In this document: piece by piece, positions 39,820-52,964 of the stretch
Position numbering within the stretch: the stretch's first letter is position 1
Layout of the letters: every line of letters starts with the position of its first letter
NCBI RefSeq assembly: GCF_006345805.1
Contig: NC_042998.1
Location: 45,694,001-45,758,000, forward strand
Direction of reading: 5' to 3'
DNA length: 64,000 nucleotides
Source of the DNA: Octopus sinensis
Lineage: Eukaryota
Made by a program: the position numbers and the translations under genes
The notes under the pieces: generated by a model
Databases searched by the model: none
The model's input: only the letters and a program-made list of their open reading frames with translations
What the model was told of the DNA's origin: nothing

Positions 39820-40576
39820 GACACAAAACTCTGCTTGTGAAGCCCTGTTGACCGCAAGTGAAATCGAAATCGAAATCACTCAAAAATCAATGGAAATTGT
39901 AGTTGTGATACCAGTGCCGGTGGCACGTAAAAGAACCATCCGAACATGGCCGTTGCCAGCCTCGCCTGGCACGTAAAAAGCACCCACTACATTCACGGAG
40001 TGGTTGGCGTTAGGAAGGGCATCCAGCTGTAGAAACACTGCCAGATTAGACTGGGCCTGGTGCATCCTCCTGGCTTCCCAGACCCCAGTCGAACCGTCCG
40101 ACCCATGCTAGCATGGAAAGCGGATGTTAAACGATGATGATGATGATGATGATATATATATATGTATACAATAAGCTTCTTTCAGTTTCCATCTACCAGA
40201 TCCACTTACAAGGTTTTGGTTGGTCTGGAGCTAAAATAGAAAACAGTTGCCCAAAGTACCATGTAAGGGGACTGAACACAGAACCATGTGGTTGGGAAGC
40301 AAACATCTTACCACACAGCCATGCCTGCACCTATGTGATGTGGTATGAAACCATATTTTATAGTTCTATGAGACTTGTATTTGCTTCATATTCATTTTAT
40401 AAGCACAGACATATCTGTGCAGTAAGAGATTGCTTCCCAACCATATGGACTTGGGTTCAGTCCTGTCACATGGCACTGTGTATATATCTGTGTATGTGTG
40501 TGTGTATATATATATATGTGTATGTGTGTGTGTATGTGTAATATACATATATATGTGTGTATATATATATATATAT

Positions 40577-40884
40577 GTGGAGGCGCAATGGCCTAGTGGT
40601 TAGTGCAACGGACTCGCGGTTGCAGGATCGCGGTTTCGATTCCCAGACCGGGCGTTGTGAGTGTTTATTGAGCGAAAACACCTAAAAAGCTCCACGAGGC
40701 TCTGGCAGGGGGTGGTGATCCCTGCTGTACTCTTTCACCACTCTTTCTCCCACTCTTTCTTCTGTTGGCCTGCTCGCTTAGCCAGCGGGGTGGCGTCATT
40801 CGAAGGCTAAAACAATGCGAACGCATTGTGACCAGCGATGTGTAACAACATCTGATGGTCTGGTCGGTCACGTGATCACGTGAT
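40577..40884 (+). mobile_element. SINE family C, full length (others about 35581-35850, 59561-59760)
   Basis: A-box TGGCCTAGTGG, B-box-like GTTTCGATTCC; tail TCACGTGATCACGTGA. Confidence 0.8.
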
Positions 40885-41769
40885 ATGTATATATATATAT
40901 CTGTGTGTGGATGTGTAATATATATATGTATATCTGTTATGTGTAATATATATAAGTTTGAAAACAGGTGAGGGTTGGTAACAGGAAGGGCTTCAGGCTG
41001 TAGGAAATCCATCCATTTCAACAAGTTCCATTCAATCAATGCAAGCATTGAAAAATTGATGTTAGAATGATGATGATTTAATTTTTTGTTTCCTGTATGT
41101 TGGTGAAGGAGACTTCTGATTGCTTAAGATTGTATAACTTTAAAGGCTTGTAACTTATTATTATTATTATTAATAATTTCTAGAGAAAACAAATATGATT
41201 TTCATCATCAGCATGCAAAACTACATCAGTGTTGAACATTTAAAAAAAAAAATCTAGGAAAAAGATTTTGGTGATTGGGAAAAGTTCAAAATGATCCACA
41301 AATTTTTCTTATGCTCTAAATGATATTACCATGCTTTGTAAGAGTTTTTTTTTTCTCTTATTAGTAACTAGTTTATCTAAACTGAAAATTATTTACACAA
41401 TAAGCAAATAAACCATGTAAGCTAGCTGATTATCAGTTGTTTGTTTGCCTGTCTTATCAGTTTGATGATTCATCTGTTCGATTTAATCGTAACTAAACCA
41501 GCAAAGAAAATGCAATTTTGATTTTTAACTTGTTATTGTAAATGTTTTTACTAACAGTAGCAATTATTCCCCTGCATTACATTATTTGTATATGTAGGCT
41601 GTGTGTTAAGAAGTTTGCTTTGCAACTACATGGTTCTGGGTTCGGTCCCACTGCATGGCACCTTGGGCAAGTGTCTTCTACTATAAGCCTCCAGCTGACC
41701 AAAGCCTTGAGAATAGATGTGGTAGACAGAGAATGAAAGAAGCCCAACGTAGTTATACACACACACACA

Positions 41770-42152
41770 CTAGAAATGCATCCCGGCGTTGCCCGGGTAT
41801 TATGACCTACAAGCTCATTGAATTATTTGGTTCTTTCTTATGGGCAGAATTGGCACAGCTGATATATAGTTAATGGAATAATAGAAGTTATTTTTTGTTT
41901 AATAGTGAAGGATGAGGGTATAATTTGCATGGGTTTGCATGAAACTGCTTTTTTTCTTAAGAAGGATCAGAAACTATGTATTGTTTCATCGTATAAAAGA
42001 AGTTAATACGATTTCGTCCAGAAATCATGTTTTCAAAATTTTAATTTCCCTCTATCCCCACCACAATGTCTTAATTTGTAGCTTTTTCAGATTTTCTTTG
42101 TTATCTATGTAGAAAAATACGGAGATTACAACTCTCTTTTATATATATAAGA
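41770..42152 (-). mobile_element. Non-autonomous Helitron
   Basis: A|TC start at 42152, CCCGGGCAACGCCGGG hairpin, CTAG|T. Confidence 0.7.
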
Positions 42153-42164
42153 TATATATACTCT

Positions 42165-42572
42165 CTCTTTTACTCTTTTACTTGTTTTAGTCATTTGACT
42201 GCGGCCATGCTGGAGCACCGCCTTTAATCAAGCAACTCGACCCTGGGACTTATTCTTTTGTAAGCCCAGTACTTATTCTATCGGTCTCTTTTGCCGAACC
42301 GCTAAGTAACGGGGACATAAACACACCAGCATCGGTTGTCAAGCAATGCTTGGGGGACAAACACAGACACACAAACACACACACGTATATATATATGTAC
42401 ATATATACGACGGGCTTCTTTCAGTTTCTGTCTACCAAATCCACTCACAAGGCTTTGGTCGGCCCGAGGCTATAGTAGAAGACACTTGCCCAAGGTGCCA
42501 CGCAGTGGGACTGAACCCGGAACCATGTGGTTGGTAAACAAGCTACTTACCACACAGCCACTCCTGCGCCTA
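42165..42572 (-). mobile_element. SINE family A, full length
   Basis: Close to 17832-18240. Confidence 0.85.
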
Positions 42573-43724
42573 TATATATATATATAAAATATATATATAT
42601 GTATATGTATTGTCTGTGTTTTTGTGTTTGTTTTGTCCTCCTCCACTTGACAACTGGTGTTGGTTTGTTTATGTCCCCATTGCTTAGCATTTTGGCAAAA
42701 AGATACCGATAGAATAAGTACTAGGCTTAAAAATCCCCAGAAAAATATATTACTGGGATCAATTCATTTGACTGAAAGTTCTTCAAGGTGCTGCCCCAGC
42801 ATGGCCGCAGTCTAATGACTGAAACAGATAAAAGATAAAAGATTTGATAATATATTAGTATACTTGTGCCTATTTATATATTTTGTGTGTTTGATGATTT
42901 AAATAAATGTCCTTTTGCATTTGTAATTTCATCTGAATGTAGGCTATTCCTCAACACAATCACATATAAAAATGATTATTCTTAGTTATAGACGTAAGGC
43001 ATGAGAAAAATCCTGTCATTAATTTCCTAACATTTAAGCAAATAACTAACTTATGATGTCTATCAGATATGCATATGAACAAGTAAAATAAAAATGAAAT
43101 CAAATCAAATCCCACGATGGTATAAATATTGTTTTATTACTTTATCTCATAAAATTATTCTTTCTCAATCTCACTCAGTGCCTAGTTTTTTTTTTCTCTT
43201 AATCTTCCTTTCTCTCTCAGTTCATCATTCATATTATGTAAGTATAACAGTTTCAAATTTTGACACAAGGCCGACAATTTTCGGGAAGAGGAATTACATT
43301 GACCATAGTGCTCAGCTGGTACTTATATAAACCCTGAATAGATGAAAGGCAAGGTGGGCCGTGACAGAATTTGAAGTCAGAATGTAAAGGCAGATGAAAT
43401 GCTGCTAAGCTTTTTGCCTGTTATGCTAATGAGTCTGCCAAGCTTACTGCCTTATTATTTCAGTATATATTAATATATATTTATGCTGTTATTTTATTCT
43501 GTTTAAGGCAGCGAGCTGGCAGAGTTGTTAGCACACCAGGGAAAATGCTTAGTGTCATTTCATCTGTCTTCACATTTTTGAGTTCAAATTCCACCAAGGT
43601 CAACTTTGCCTTTCTTCTTTTCGGGGTTGATAAAGTAAGGACCAGCTGAACACTAGGATCGATGTAATTAATTTAGCCCCTTCCTTGAAATTGCTGACCT
43701 TGTGCCAAAATTTGAAACAGTAAT

Positions 43725-43738
43725 TGTTATTATTATTA

Positions 43739-43794
<56 letters not shown>

Positions 43795-43810
43795 GTTGTT
43801 GTTGTTATTA
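43725..43810. repeat. (TTA)n microsatellite
   Basis: Seen directly; gives the poly-N ORF. Confidence 0.95.
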
Positions 43811-44336
43811 AGAAGGTGGCGAGCTGGCTGAATTGTTAGCATGCTGGGTGAAATGCTTAGTGGTATTTCATCTGCCAGTACATTCTGGGTTCAAATTCTG
43901 CCAAGGTTGACTTTGCCTTTCATACTTTTGTGGTCAATAAATTAAGTACCAGTGAAACATTGGGATCGATGTAACTGACTCATCCGCTTCCCCAAAATGG
44001 TTGCCCTTGTGGCAAAATTTGAAACCATTATTATTGACATCATTTTCCTAAGTGTCTTCCTGATACCTAGGGCAGGGAAACATACTGTATACATTGGAAG
44101 GCCATTAAAACAAACACACCAAATTGTTTATTTACAAAGTCATGTGATGGAGAAAAAAGGGAAGCCTGAGAGAAAAAGGAAAAGAATAGAAAATAGAAAA
44201 ATAAACAAATAAAATAAAGGGGTGGGGAAGGAAAGAAAATTCACAGCGCCAATTTTCTTCTTAGTGTGTGTGACGTACCAGTTAAGACAATCTTTTGCAC
44301 TTCCTGTCTGGATGATAAGCTAGGGATCCTTCTTAA

Positions 44337-44558
44337 CCCTTTTGATACCAACCCGGCTGAAACCGCCTCTGGCTCTGTGATACAAATGTCTTGTTTTCAA
44401 AATTTCTTAATTAAAGTCTTCAACTAAACCTTAGTCACAATTTATGTTCCTAACACAAGCTTATTGATAACTAAGTTATTTTACTAAATTCTTTGTTTTA
44501 TTTAAAATTAATTGGAAAAAAGATAGAGCATCTCGACAGAAATATGGTAACAAAAGGG
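44337..44558. mobile_element. piggyBac-type MITE at the 3' end of the RLE-LINE fragment
   Basis: TTAA|CCCTTTTG...CAAAAGGG|TTAA. Confidence 0.75.
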
Positions 44559-44562
44559 TTAA

Positions 44563-44850
44563 ATAATTTTCAGTTCCTTTTTTGATCGTTCCAAGGGCTC
44601 CTACAATCACTGGTATTGTAACCATCTTGAGATGCCACATCTTTTTGATTTCGATTAGCAAATCTTTATATCTTCTGAGCTTATCAAATTGTTTTGCTGA
44701 GATATTATGGTCACAGAGTATGCTCGTGTCAATCAATAAACAGACTTTATTGCTTTTGTCTTTCACAACAACATCTGGTTTATTTGCCTTGATGGTCCAG
44801 TCTGTACATACTGGGAAGTCTCAAAGAATAGTTACATTTTCGTCCTCTAT
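44563..44850 (-). mobile_element. Non-LTR retrotransposon fragment, restriction-like endonuclease domain (R4/Dong/NeSL-like); further remnant probably about 44950-45390
   Basis: VTIL*DFP...KANKPDVVVKDK...LLID...K..RYKDL..EI..MW...IPVIVGALG is the RLE signature. Confidence 0.8.
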
Positions 44851-45826
44851 TTATTGTTGTTGTTGTTGGTTATGCTTTAATTCATACCCAAGTCTCAATC
44901 AAAGATGTCAGTGGGCTTATTATTATTATTATTATTATCATTATCGTTTATTTGAAGTCTTGGGAGCACCATTGTTTCCTGAGAATGTAACTCTGTCTGT
45001 GTTTGTATACTACAACAGTTTTGTTTTGTTATGAGATTTGGTTTGTAATTTGTCGTGTTATTTTAGTGTTTTATCCGTTGTTAAAGAGAGTAGCTTGCAA
45101 TGTGAATTGTGTTATTTCTTTGGATGGTATTTGTGTTTTGTATGTACTGTGTAAATAGAGTTATGAGTTTTACTGTAGAGAATGTGGTGTGTGGTTTGTG
45201 TAACATTCATAGGCTGCAGCTATGATGATGGAGTGTGAGTTGTTGGTGTTCAGCATTGGTTATGTAAGAGTTTGTGCTGTGTTATATTGTTTGGTAGCAG
45301 TTCTGAATATATGTGTTGCTTGGGTGTGAATTGTGTTATTTTCTTGGGTAGTGACTGTATGGTGTATATGTTTTATGCAGAGAGAAAACTGTTTTGAGAT
45401 AAGGTGGCGAGCCCGCAGAAATGTTAGCACACCAGGTGAAATGCTTAGTGGTATTTCGTCTGCCGTTACGTTCTGAGTTCAAATTCCGCTGGGGTTGACT
45501 TTGCCTTTCATCCTTTCGGGGCCGATAAATTAAGTATCAGTTATGCACTGGGGTCAATGTAATCGACTTAATCCCTTTGTCTGTCCTTGTTTGTCCCCTC
45601 TATGTTTAGCCCCTTGTGGGCAATAAAGAAATAAGAAAACTGTTTTGAGTTATGCTATTAACCTCTATCATTTAACTCTTTAGCATTCATATTAGTCAAA
45701 TGTAATGCTTATTTATTCACAATGTTTTGAATTAATCATGCATTATCCTGTAGCTTTGTAAGACTTTTGGTGTTTTGCTGTACATGAGAAGACATGTTAA
45801 GCTAAGTGGAATCATAGTTGTGACTA

Positions 45827-46781
45827 GTGCTGGTGACATGTAAAAGGCAGCTGTGCTGGTGACACGTAAAAGGTACCCATGCTGGTGACATTTAAAAGGC
45901 ACTCCTGCTGGTGACATGTAAAGGTACCCGTGCTGATGACACGTGAAAGGTACCGTGCTGGTGACACGTGAAGGTACCTGTGGCTGACACGTAAAAGGTA
46001 CCCATGCTGGTGACACGTAAAAGGTACCTGTGCTGGTGACACGTAAAAGGTACCCGTGCTGGTGACACGTAAAAGGCACTCATGCTCGTGACACGTAAAG
46101 GCACCCGTGCTGGTGACATGTAAAAGGTACCCGTGCTGGTGACATGTAAAAGGTACCCGTGCTGGTGACACATAAAAGGTACCCTTGTTGGTGACACGTA
46201 AAAGGCACCTGTGCTGGTGACATGTAAAAGGCACTGATACTGCTGACATGTAAAAGGCACCCATGCTGGTGACACATAAGAGGCACCTGTGTTGGTGACA
46301 TGTAAAAGGCAGCTGTGCTGGTGACACGTAAAAGGTACCCATGCTGGTGACATTTAAAAGGCACTCCTGCTGGTGACATGTAAAAGGTACCCGTGCTGAT
46401 GACACGTGAAAGGTACCCGTGCTGGTGACACGTGAAAGGTACCTGTGCTGGTGACACGTAAAAGGTACCCATGCTGGTGACACGTAAAAGGTACCTGTGC
46501 TGGTGACACGTAAAAGGTACCCGTGCTGGTGACACGTAAAAGGCACTCATGCTGGTGACACGTAAAGGCACCCGTGCTGGTGACATGTAAAAGGTACCCG
46601 TGCTGGTGACATGTAAAAGGTACCCGTGCTGGTGACACATAAAAGGTACCCTTGTTGGTGACACGTAAAAGGCACCTGTGCTGGTGACATGTAAAAGGCA
46701 CTGATACTGCTGACATGTAAAAGGCACCCATGCTGGTGACACATAAGAGGCACCTGTGTTGGTGACATGTAAAAGGCATCC
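45827..46781. repeat. 26-bp satellite (~37 units, GTGCTGGTGACACGTAAAAGGTACCC) with ~465-bp higher-order duplication
   Basis: Variant monomers recur at 45842/46304 and 46071/46538; flanks are RTE 3' UTR sequence. Confidence 0.92.
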
Positions 46782-47377
46782 GTGCCAGTGAACTGGCACA
46801 GGGGCCAGAGGAGGCTGGCAAACGGCCACAATCGGTTGAAGCTATATATGCATGTGTGTGTGTGTGTTTGTCTCCTACCACTGCTTCACAACCGGTGTCG
46901 GTGTGTTTATATCCCTGTGACTTAGTAGTTCAGCATAAGAAACCAATAGAATAATTGCCAGGCTTAAAAAAATGTACTGGAGTTGATTCATTCAGCTAAA
47001 GTTCAAGACTTGGCCACAGCTAGGCCACAGTCTCACAAATGAAACAGCTAGAAGATAAAAGACAAAATATACTAGGACTTAGCAAGAAGTGGGCTACCAG
47101 AGATAATGTAGCTGAAAATTTTATCTTACTGGTTGCAAAGTCTGTTTCTAGAATCTTTTCCCACCATTTTCATAGTTATTTGTGGCTTGGTTTCAGTCTT
47201 GTGCAGCTAAAATCAGACTTGTTTCTGTTTTTAGCCTAGAACTTTTAAGCCATTATTGGTTTTCACTCTGGTTTACTTCCTCTCTGTTCTTGTGCCAAAA
47301 TTTGAAATCATTGTCATCATTAAGGCAGAGAGCTGGCAGAACCGTTAGCATTGTGCCAGCTAACAAGGCGGTGAGCT

Positions 47378-47940
47378 GGCAGAATCATTAACATGCCAGG
47401 CAAAATGCTTAGCAGTATTTCGTCTGCCGCTACGTTCTGAGTTCAAATTCTGCCGAGGTTGACTTTGCCTTTCATCCTTTCGGGGTTGATTAAATAAGTA
47501 CCAGTTACGCACTGGGGTCGATATAATCGACTTAGTCTGTTTGTCTGTCCTTGTTTGTCCTCTCTGTGTTTAGCCCCTTGTGGGTAGTAAAGAAATAGGT
47601 ATTTCATCTGCCACTGCGTTCTGAGTTCAAATTTCACCGAGGTTGACTTTGCCTTTCATCCTTCCGAGGTCGATAAATTAAGTACCAGTTACACACTGGG
47701 GTCGATGTGATTGACTTAATCCCTTTGTCTGTCCTTGTTTGTCCCCTCTATGTTTAGCCCCTTGTGGGCAATAAAGAAATAAGAGACGTTAGCACGCCAG
47801 GCGAAATGCTTAGCAGTATTTTGTCTGTCACTACATTCTGAGTTCAAATTCCACCAAGGTCGACTTTGCCTTTCATCCTTTCGGGGCTGATGAAATAAGT
47901 ACCAGTCAAGTGCTGGGGGTCGATGTATTCAACTAGTTGC
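47378..47940 (+). mobile_element. Head-to-tail array of SINE family B copies (single copies at 45401-45633, 55684-55917, 60844-61059)
   Basis: Three consecutive bodies, each new one beginning at the previous AATAAAGAAATA-like tail. Confidence 0.8.
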
Positions 47941-49859
47941 CTCCCTCAAATTTCAGTCCTTAGGAAGACCTTGGCATTAAGAAGGGCATCAAGCTGTAGA
48001 AACTCTGCCAGATCAGATTGGAGTCTGGTTCGCCAGACCTCAGTCAAATCGTCCAACCCATGCTAGCATGGAAAGCGGACGTTAAATGATGATGATGATG
48101 ATGATGATGATGATGCCTGTAGCAGAAAGAATTAATATTATTCATTTATTTATTTATATTAGTTCTTAGCTTTTTTTTTTCTCAACTAAATTTCATGGAA
48201 AACAGAGTTGCCATTGTTTTCAGGTTTGGATAACTGAAATTCCATATTTCATCCCTTGTTAGACAAACTTTATTCTTCATACCTGCTGTTCAAACATGCC
48301 TTAACTACTTCAGATCTCTCTCTTCAGACGGTTACTTTATTGATTGACTTCTCTTAAGCATTTCTGTCCCATATGAATAAACTGACTGTTTTCACCACCC
48401 CACCACCATTACCACCTTCACCACCACCACTGTTACTACTACCTCTGCTACCACTAGTAGCAGCAGTAGGAGTTTTGTTGTTGTTGGTGGTGGTGAGCAG
48501 TAAGAGATGCCTGCCATCTCATTTCATTTAGTAACTGTGATAATTATCTGTATTTTGTAATTTTTTATTTAACCAACCACTGATGGAATTTGTTGTTTAA
48601 CACCAGGTCAACTCTGATCATGTGCACTAATTATCAAATGCATTCCAGTCATGACCATTCCATCATTTTAGAAACATCTAGGACTAACATTATCTAATGT
48701 CTTTTTTGTTAATGTTAAATGTGATTGTGATTTGAAGGAAATTTGGCTGCTGTTTCTAGTAGGTTCACTGATCAACTAGAGGCTGTTTTATTGGCGGGGA
48801 ATATGTGGTTGACCTGATAAAGTGAGAGGTCATCCCATATATCTATTAATTTAATGATGTCTTGCTTTCTGTGTGTGTGCACCTGTCTGTCTGTGTCTGA
48901 ATGTGCGTGTGTATGTGTGTGTGTGTGTGTGTGAGTGCAAAGTTTGGTGAAATATGTAATGTGAGAGCCTCCATGTAATTTACTTCTTCCTGTGTTGGAA
49001 TTTGTATTCTGGCAGAATTGTTTGCACAGGAGACAAAATACTTAGCAGACTTTCATTTGTCACTGTGTTCTGAGTTTAAATTCTGTTGAGATCGACTTTG
49101 TCTTTCATCCCTTCTGGGTTGATGAAATAAGTACCAGGCTCCCTTTCCCACAAAATTTCAGGCCTTATCATCATCATCCTCATCATCGTTTAACGTCCGC
49201 TTTCCATGCTAGCATGGGTTAGACGATTTGACTGAGGTCTGGCGAACCAGATGGCTGCACCAGACTCCGATCTGATCTGGCAGAGTTTCTACAGCTGGAT
49301 GCCCTTCCTAATGCCAACCACTCCGAGAGTGTAGTGGGTGCTTTTACATGGCACCGGCATGAGGGCCAGTCAGGCGGTACTGGCAACAGCCACACTCAAA
49401 TGGTGCTTTTTATGTGCCACCTGCGCAGGAGCCAGTCCAGCGGCACTGGCAACAACCTCGCTTGAATGTTTTTCTTTCATGTGCCACCAGCACAAGTGCT
49501 TGTAAGGCGACGCAGGTAACAATCACGCTCGAATGGTGTTTTTAATGTGTCATCAGCACGGAGGCCTGCTTGTTGCTCTGGCAACAATCTCACTCGTATG
49601 GTACTCTTAGCACTCCACTAGCACAGATGCCAGTCATCGAATTTGATTTCAGTTTCAATTTCACTTGCCTCGACAGGTCTTCGCAAGCAGAGTTTAGTGA
49701 CCAATGAAGGAAAGGCACGCATAAGTGGACTGGTTACACCCCTGGCATAGGCCTCAAGGTTATACCTATAAAAAGAAGGATTATTATTCATCCATGTCTA
49801 CTATAAAGCATGTCTACTATTTAACTAGTTCGGTTTCCCTTTGTAAGCATACATGTATC

Positions 49860-50265
49860 ACTGTATCAACCAAACTATCAGATATCGTTATACATAACTG
49901 GCCTCAATGTGCTTCCCGTTCTTTCTTGATTGTACTGTTCTTTTCCATCTTGTCCCAAATCACTTAACTAAATTGTCTTCTCATCATCACGGAGGCCTTC
50001 TTAGTAGCCCTTTTTTGATCTCTTGGATACCACTTGACAACTCTCATGGATCCACCTGTTGTCTGTGACCCTTGCAACATGTCCAGCCCAGTGAAACTTG
50101 TGCTTTCAATATTGTTTAATCACATTGTTCATGCCACTCCATTCTTGAATTGTCTCATTTTGAATATGCTTTCATAAGGATATTCCTAGCATGGATCTTT
50201 CTATGATTCTTTGCATGACAGCCAAACAGTCTCTCTTCATAGTACTCTATAACTCACATGCATAT
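49860..50265 (-). mobile_element. Decayed RTE LINE RT C-terminal remnant
   Basis: - strand HKFHWAGHVARVTDNRW...WYPR motif with stops. Confidence 0.65.
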
Positions 50266-50266
50266 G

Positions 50267-50802
50267 CAGTAATGTTTTGATATACGAGTTAATTCATTCC
50301 CGGAGACCACTCGTAAAGGTAAAACTCATAAAGCAGAGCAATAATTTCCCATAATAGCATTATTATCAATTGTAATTTGTTCCCAGAATAATATTTTACC
50401 CATCATCATCATCATCACTGCCGCCGCCACCACCACCACCACCACCACCACCACCACCACCGCTTAACGTCCGTTTTCCATGCTAGCATGGGCTGGATGG
50501 TTTGACCGGGGTCTGGGAAGCCAGGAGGATGCACCAGGCTCCAGTCTGATCTGGCAGTGTTTCTACAGCTGGATGCCCTTCCTAACGCCAACCACTCCGT
50601 GAGTGTAGTGGGTGCTTTTTATGTGCCACTGGCACAGGTGCCAGGGGAGATATTTATAATACAGCAATAACTCACTTTACAAGGTCCTGCTTTATGAAAC
50701 CCCGGGTTTACGAGTTTTTATGAGTTTTATTTTCTGTCTATGAGTTTTCACTTTATGAGTGTTCTCAGGGAATGAATTAACTCATATATCGAGGCATTAC
50801 TG
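50267..50802. mobile_element. Tigger/pogo-type TIR-bounded module with an RTE 3' UTR insertion (about 50400-50650)
   Basis: About 65-bp inverted ends CAGTAATG...GAGTTAATTCATTCCC; TA at 50803-50804. Confidence 0.7.
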
Positions 50803-50879
50803 TACTCATAAACAATGGCAATAAAACAACAATAGAATGTAAAGAATATTTTATGTAAAATAAAAAGAGTGTCAAGATT

Positions 50880-52964
50880 GTTTACCATAAAAAATATTAA
50901 TATCGTAATTGCTTTCAGAATCACTTTCACTCACACTAAACTCACACATAACATCATTTGTAGACGTGATTACTGATTTACTAGCACTAGTTGATGGACT
51001 TGTAGATTTCTTTTTAAAAAACAAGTCTGGAGTTGCTTGCTTAGAAGAAGCTTTCTTGCTCTCTATAAATTTCTCAGTAACATGCAGAAGCATTTGTTAT
51101 AGCAGTAGAAATTTTTGCCCTTTGTTCAAAATTTGAATTTTGTGCTTCAAAAATTTCCGAGGTTTTATCCAAATGTTGAAATGCTTCTGTGAGTCCTTTC
51201 AACATGAATGCACCGACTGGCATTTCATTGACAGTGTTCTTTTCCTCTTCTATTGTTGCCTGCTCTTGCATTGCAGTAAGCTCTTCGTTAGTGAATTTGT
51301 CACCATATGATCGAAACAGCTCATCTATGTCACTCGCCAACACGTTGAGATTCAATTCATTTGCCAAGTTTACAATTTCTGTTTCTTTTTGTACATTTTC
51401 TTGTAATGGTTCAAAACCCTCAAAACCATTAAGTTAAGTTAGTTAGTTAGTTAACTAACTTAACTTAATGGTTTTGTTAATTAGTTAAGTTTTTGGCTCA
51501 AAAAGCAAAAAGCAAGGCCATGTAGGGGGACATGGAGTTATGTACAGGGTGGTGTTCATGTAAAGAGTTCAGGCCACTTGTGGTCAAGGGAGACTTTGAA
51601 CCAAGCGGTCATCGGCATCTTCACTATCTCGTCCGGCAGCTTATACCATGGATCTGCAACCCGGACGGAGAAAGCCTCGCTCCTTTGATTGAGATGAAAT
51701 CGTCACAGATAGAGCTTTTCGGAGTGACCCCACAGCCGTCACTCTGGAGCAGGAGTGAAGAACAGAAATTAAGGGCGAATTTTTTTCCAAACGCCTATCA
51801 TATTCTTTTGAGGAATATTATCTCCTGCTTTTCTTATGATTTTTACTGTGGTATAGATGTGATTTTTTCCAGAATTCCATTACAGTTGGTTCCCCTTCTT
51901 TGTCTGTTTCTTCATTCAGTATTGCAAATGTGTAGTGTACATAATGGGTTTTAAAAGTTGCAATAACACCCTGGTCCATCGTTTGCAAAAGTGATGTCAT
52001 ATTTGGAGGCAAAAAAGTAACTTTGACATTAGGATGGAGATGTTGCAGAATTGGAGGGTGGCTAGGTGCATTGTCGATAAGCAACATTACATGAAATGGA
52101 AGTTCATTCTTATCACAATACTTCTTAACTTTTGGCACAAAGTGATACGAAAAGCATTCTTCAAATAATATTTCTGTAACCCAAGCTTTTTTATTCGATT
52201 TCCATATGACTGGAAGGGTACTTTTTTAAAAATGTTTTTAAGTGCCCCCAGATTTTCCACTTGATAAACTAGGATTGCTTTTAATTTTAAATCCCTAGGT
52301 GCATTTCCTCCAAATAATAATGTCAGTCAATCTTTTGCAACTTTAAAACCAGGCAGTGCAGATTCTTCCTTAGCAATGTAACTACTGGATGGCATACATT
52401 TCCAGGAAAGTCCTGTTTCATTGACATTAAAAATCAGTTGTGGCATGTAACCCTCTTCTTTAATTATTTCTGTCAATGTTTCTGGAAATTTTTCTGCTGC
52501 ATCGGCATCTGCGTTTGATGCTTCTCCTTGCACTTCAATGGAATGCCACCCATGTCAGTTTTTAAATCAATCAAACCATTTTCTGCTTACAACAAAATTT
52601 TCATTTGTGTCACCTTACTTTTCTTTAAGCATACTGAAAAGAGACAATTCTTTGCTACAAATCAACACTTGATTAACATTCATATACATGCATTGTGTTT
52701 TGTTACTTATCCATGCATTTAACAGTTTTTCCATTTCCGGAATAATGCTTCCAGCATCTCTTTTACAAGCCCAGGTTGATTGCAAAGGCTGCACATTTCT
52801 CACTTGAGATCAATATTTTTGTTTTTCTTTGAGAAATGGGCAGACAGTTGATGAGTTAAGTGAAAATTTGTCACAAATGTTTTTCACAGTTGTACTGCCA
52901 TCATACATTTTTACAATTTCAAACTTTGTTTCCAAAGTGATGGCTTTATATATTCTTTTTGTTC
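50880..52964 (-). mobile_element. Defective Tigger/pogo transposase (CENP-B-type HTH plus DDE_1), interrupted by CR1
   Basis: KAITLETKFEI, EMEKLLNAWI, FNVNETGLSWKCMP, LLIDNAPSHP, FLPPNMTSLLQTMDQGVIATFK; stops and frameshifts. Confidence 0.9.
51431..51760 (-). mobile_element. 5'-truncated CR1-type LINE with (TAAC)n tail, inserted in the Tigger ORF
   Basis: GHSEKLYL*RFHLNQRSEAFSVRVADPWYKLPDEIV...KVSLD* then 3' UTR; the Tigger frame rejoins across it (KKIRP...NGFEGFEP). Confidence 0.8.

Noticed and set aside
40577-40660. Possible tRNA gene (also other SINE heads)
   Set aside because: A/B boxes run into a SINE body repeated at several sites; no complete cloverleaf evident.
45732-46881. Stacked 94-249 aa minus-strand ORFs (PFTCHQH repeats)
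   Set aside because: Produced by the 26-bp satellite cycling through frames; no splice or homology support.
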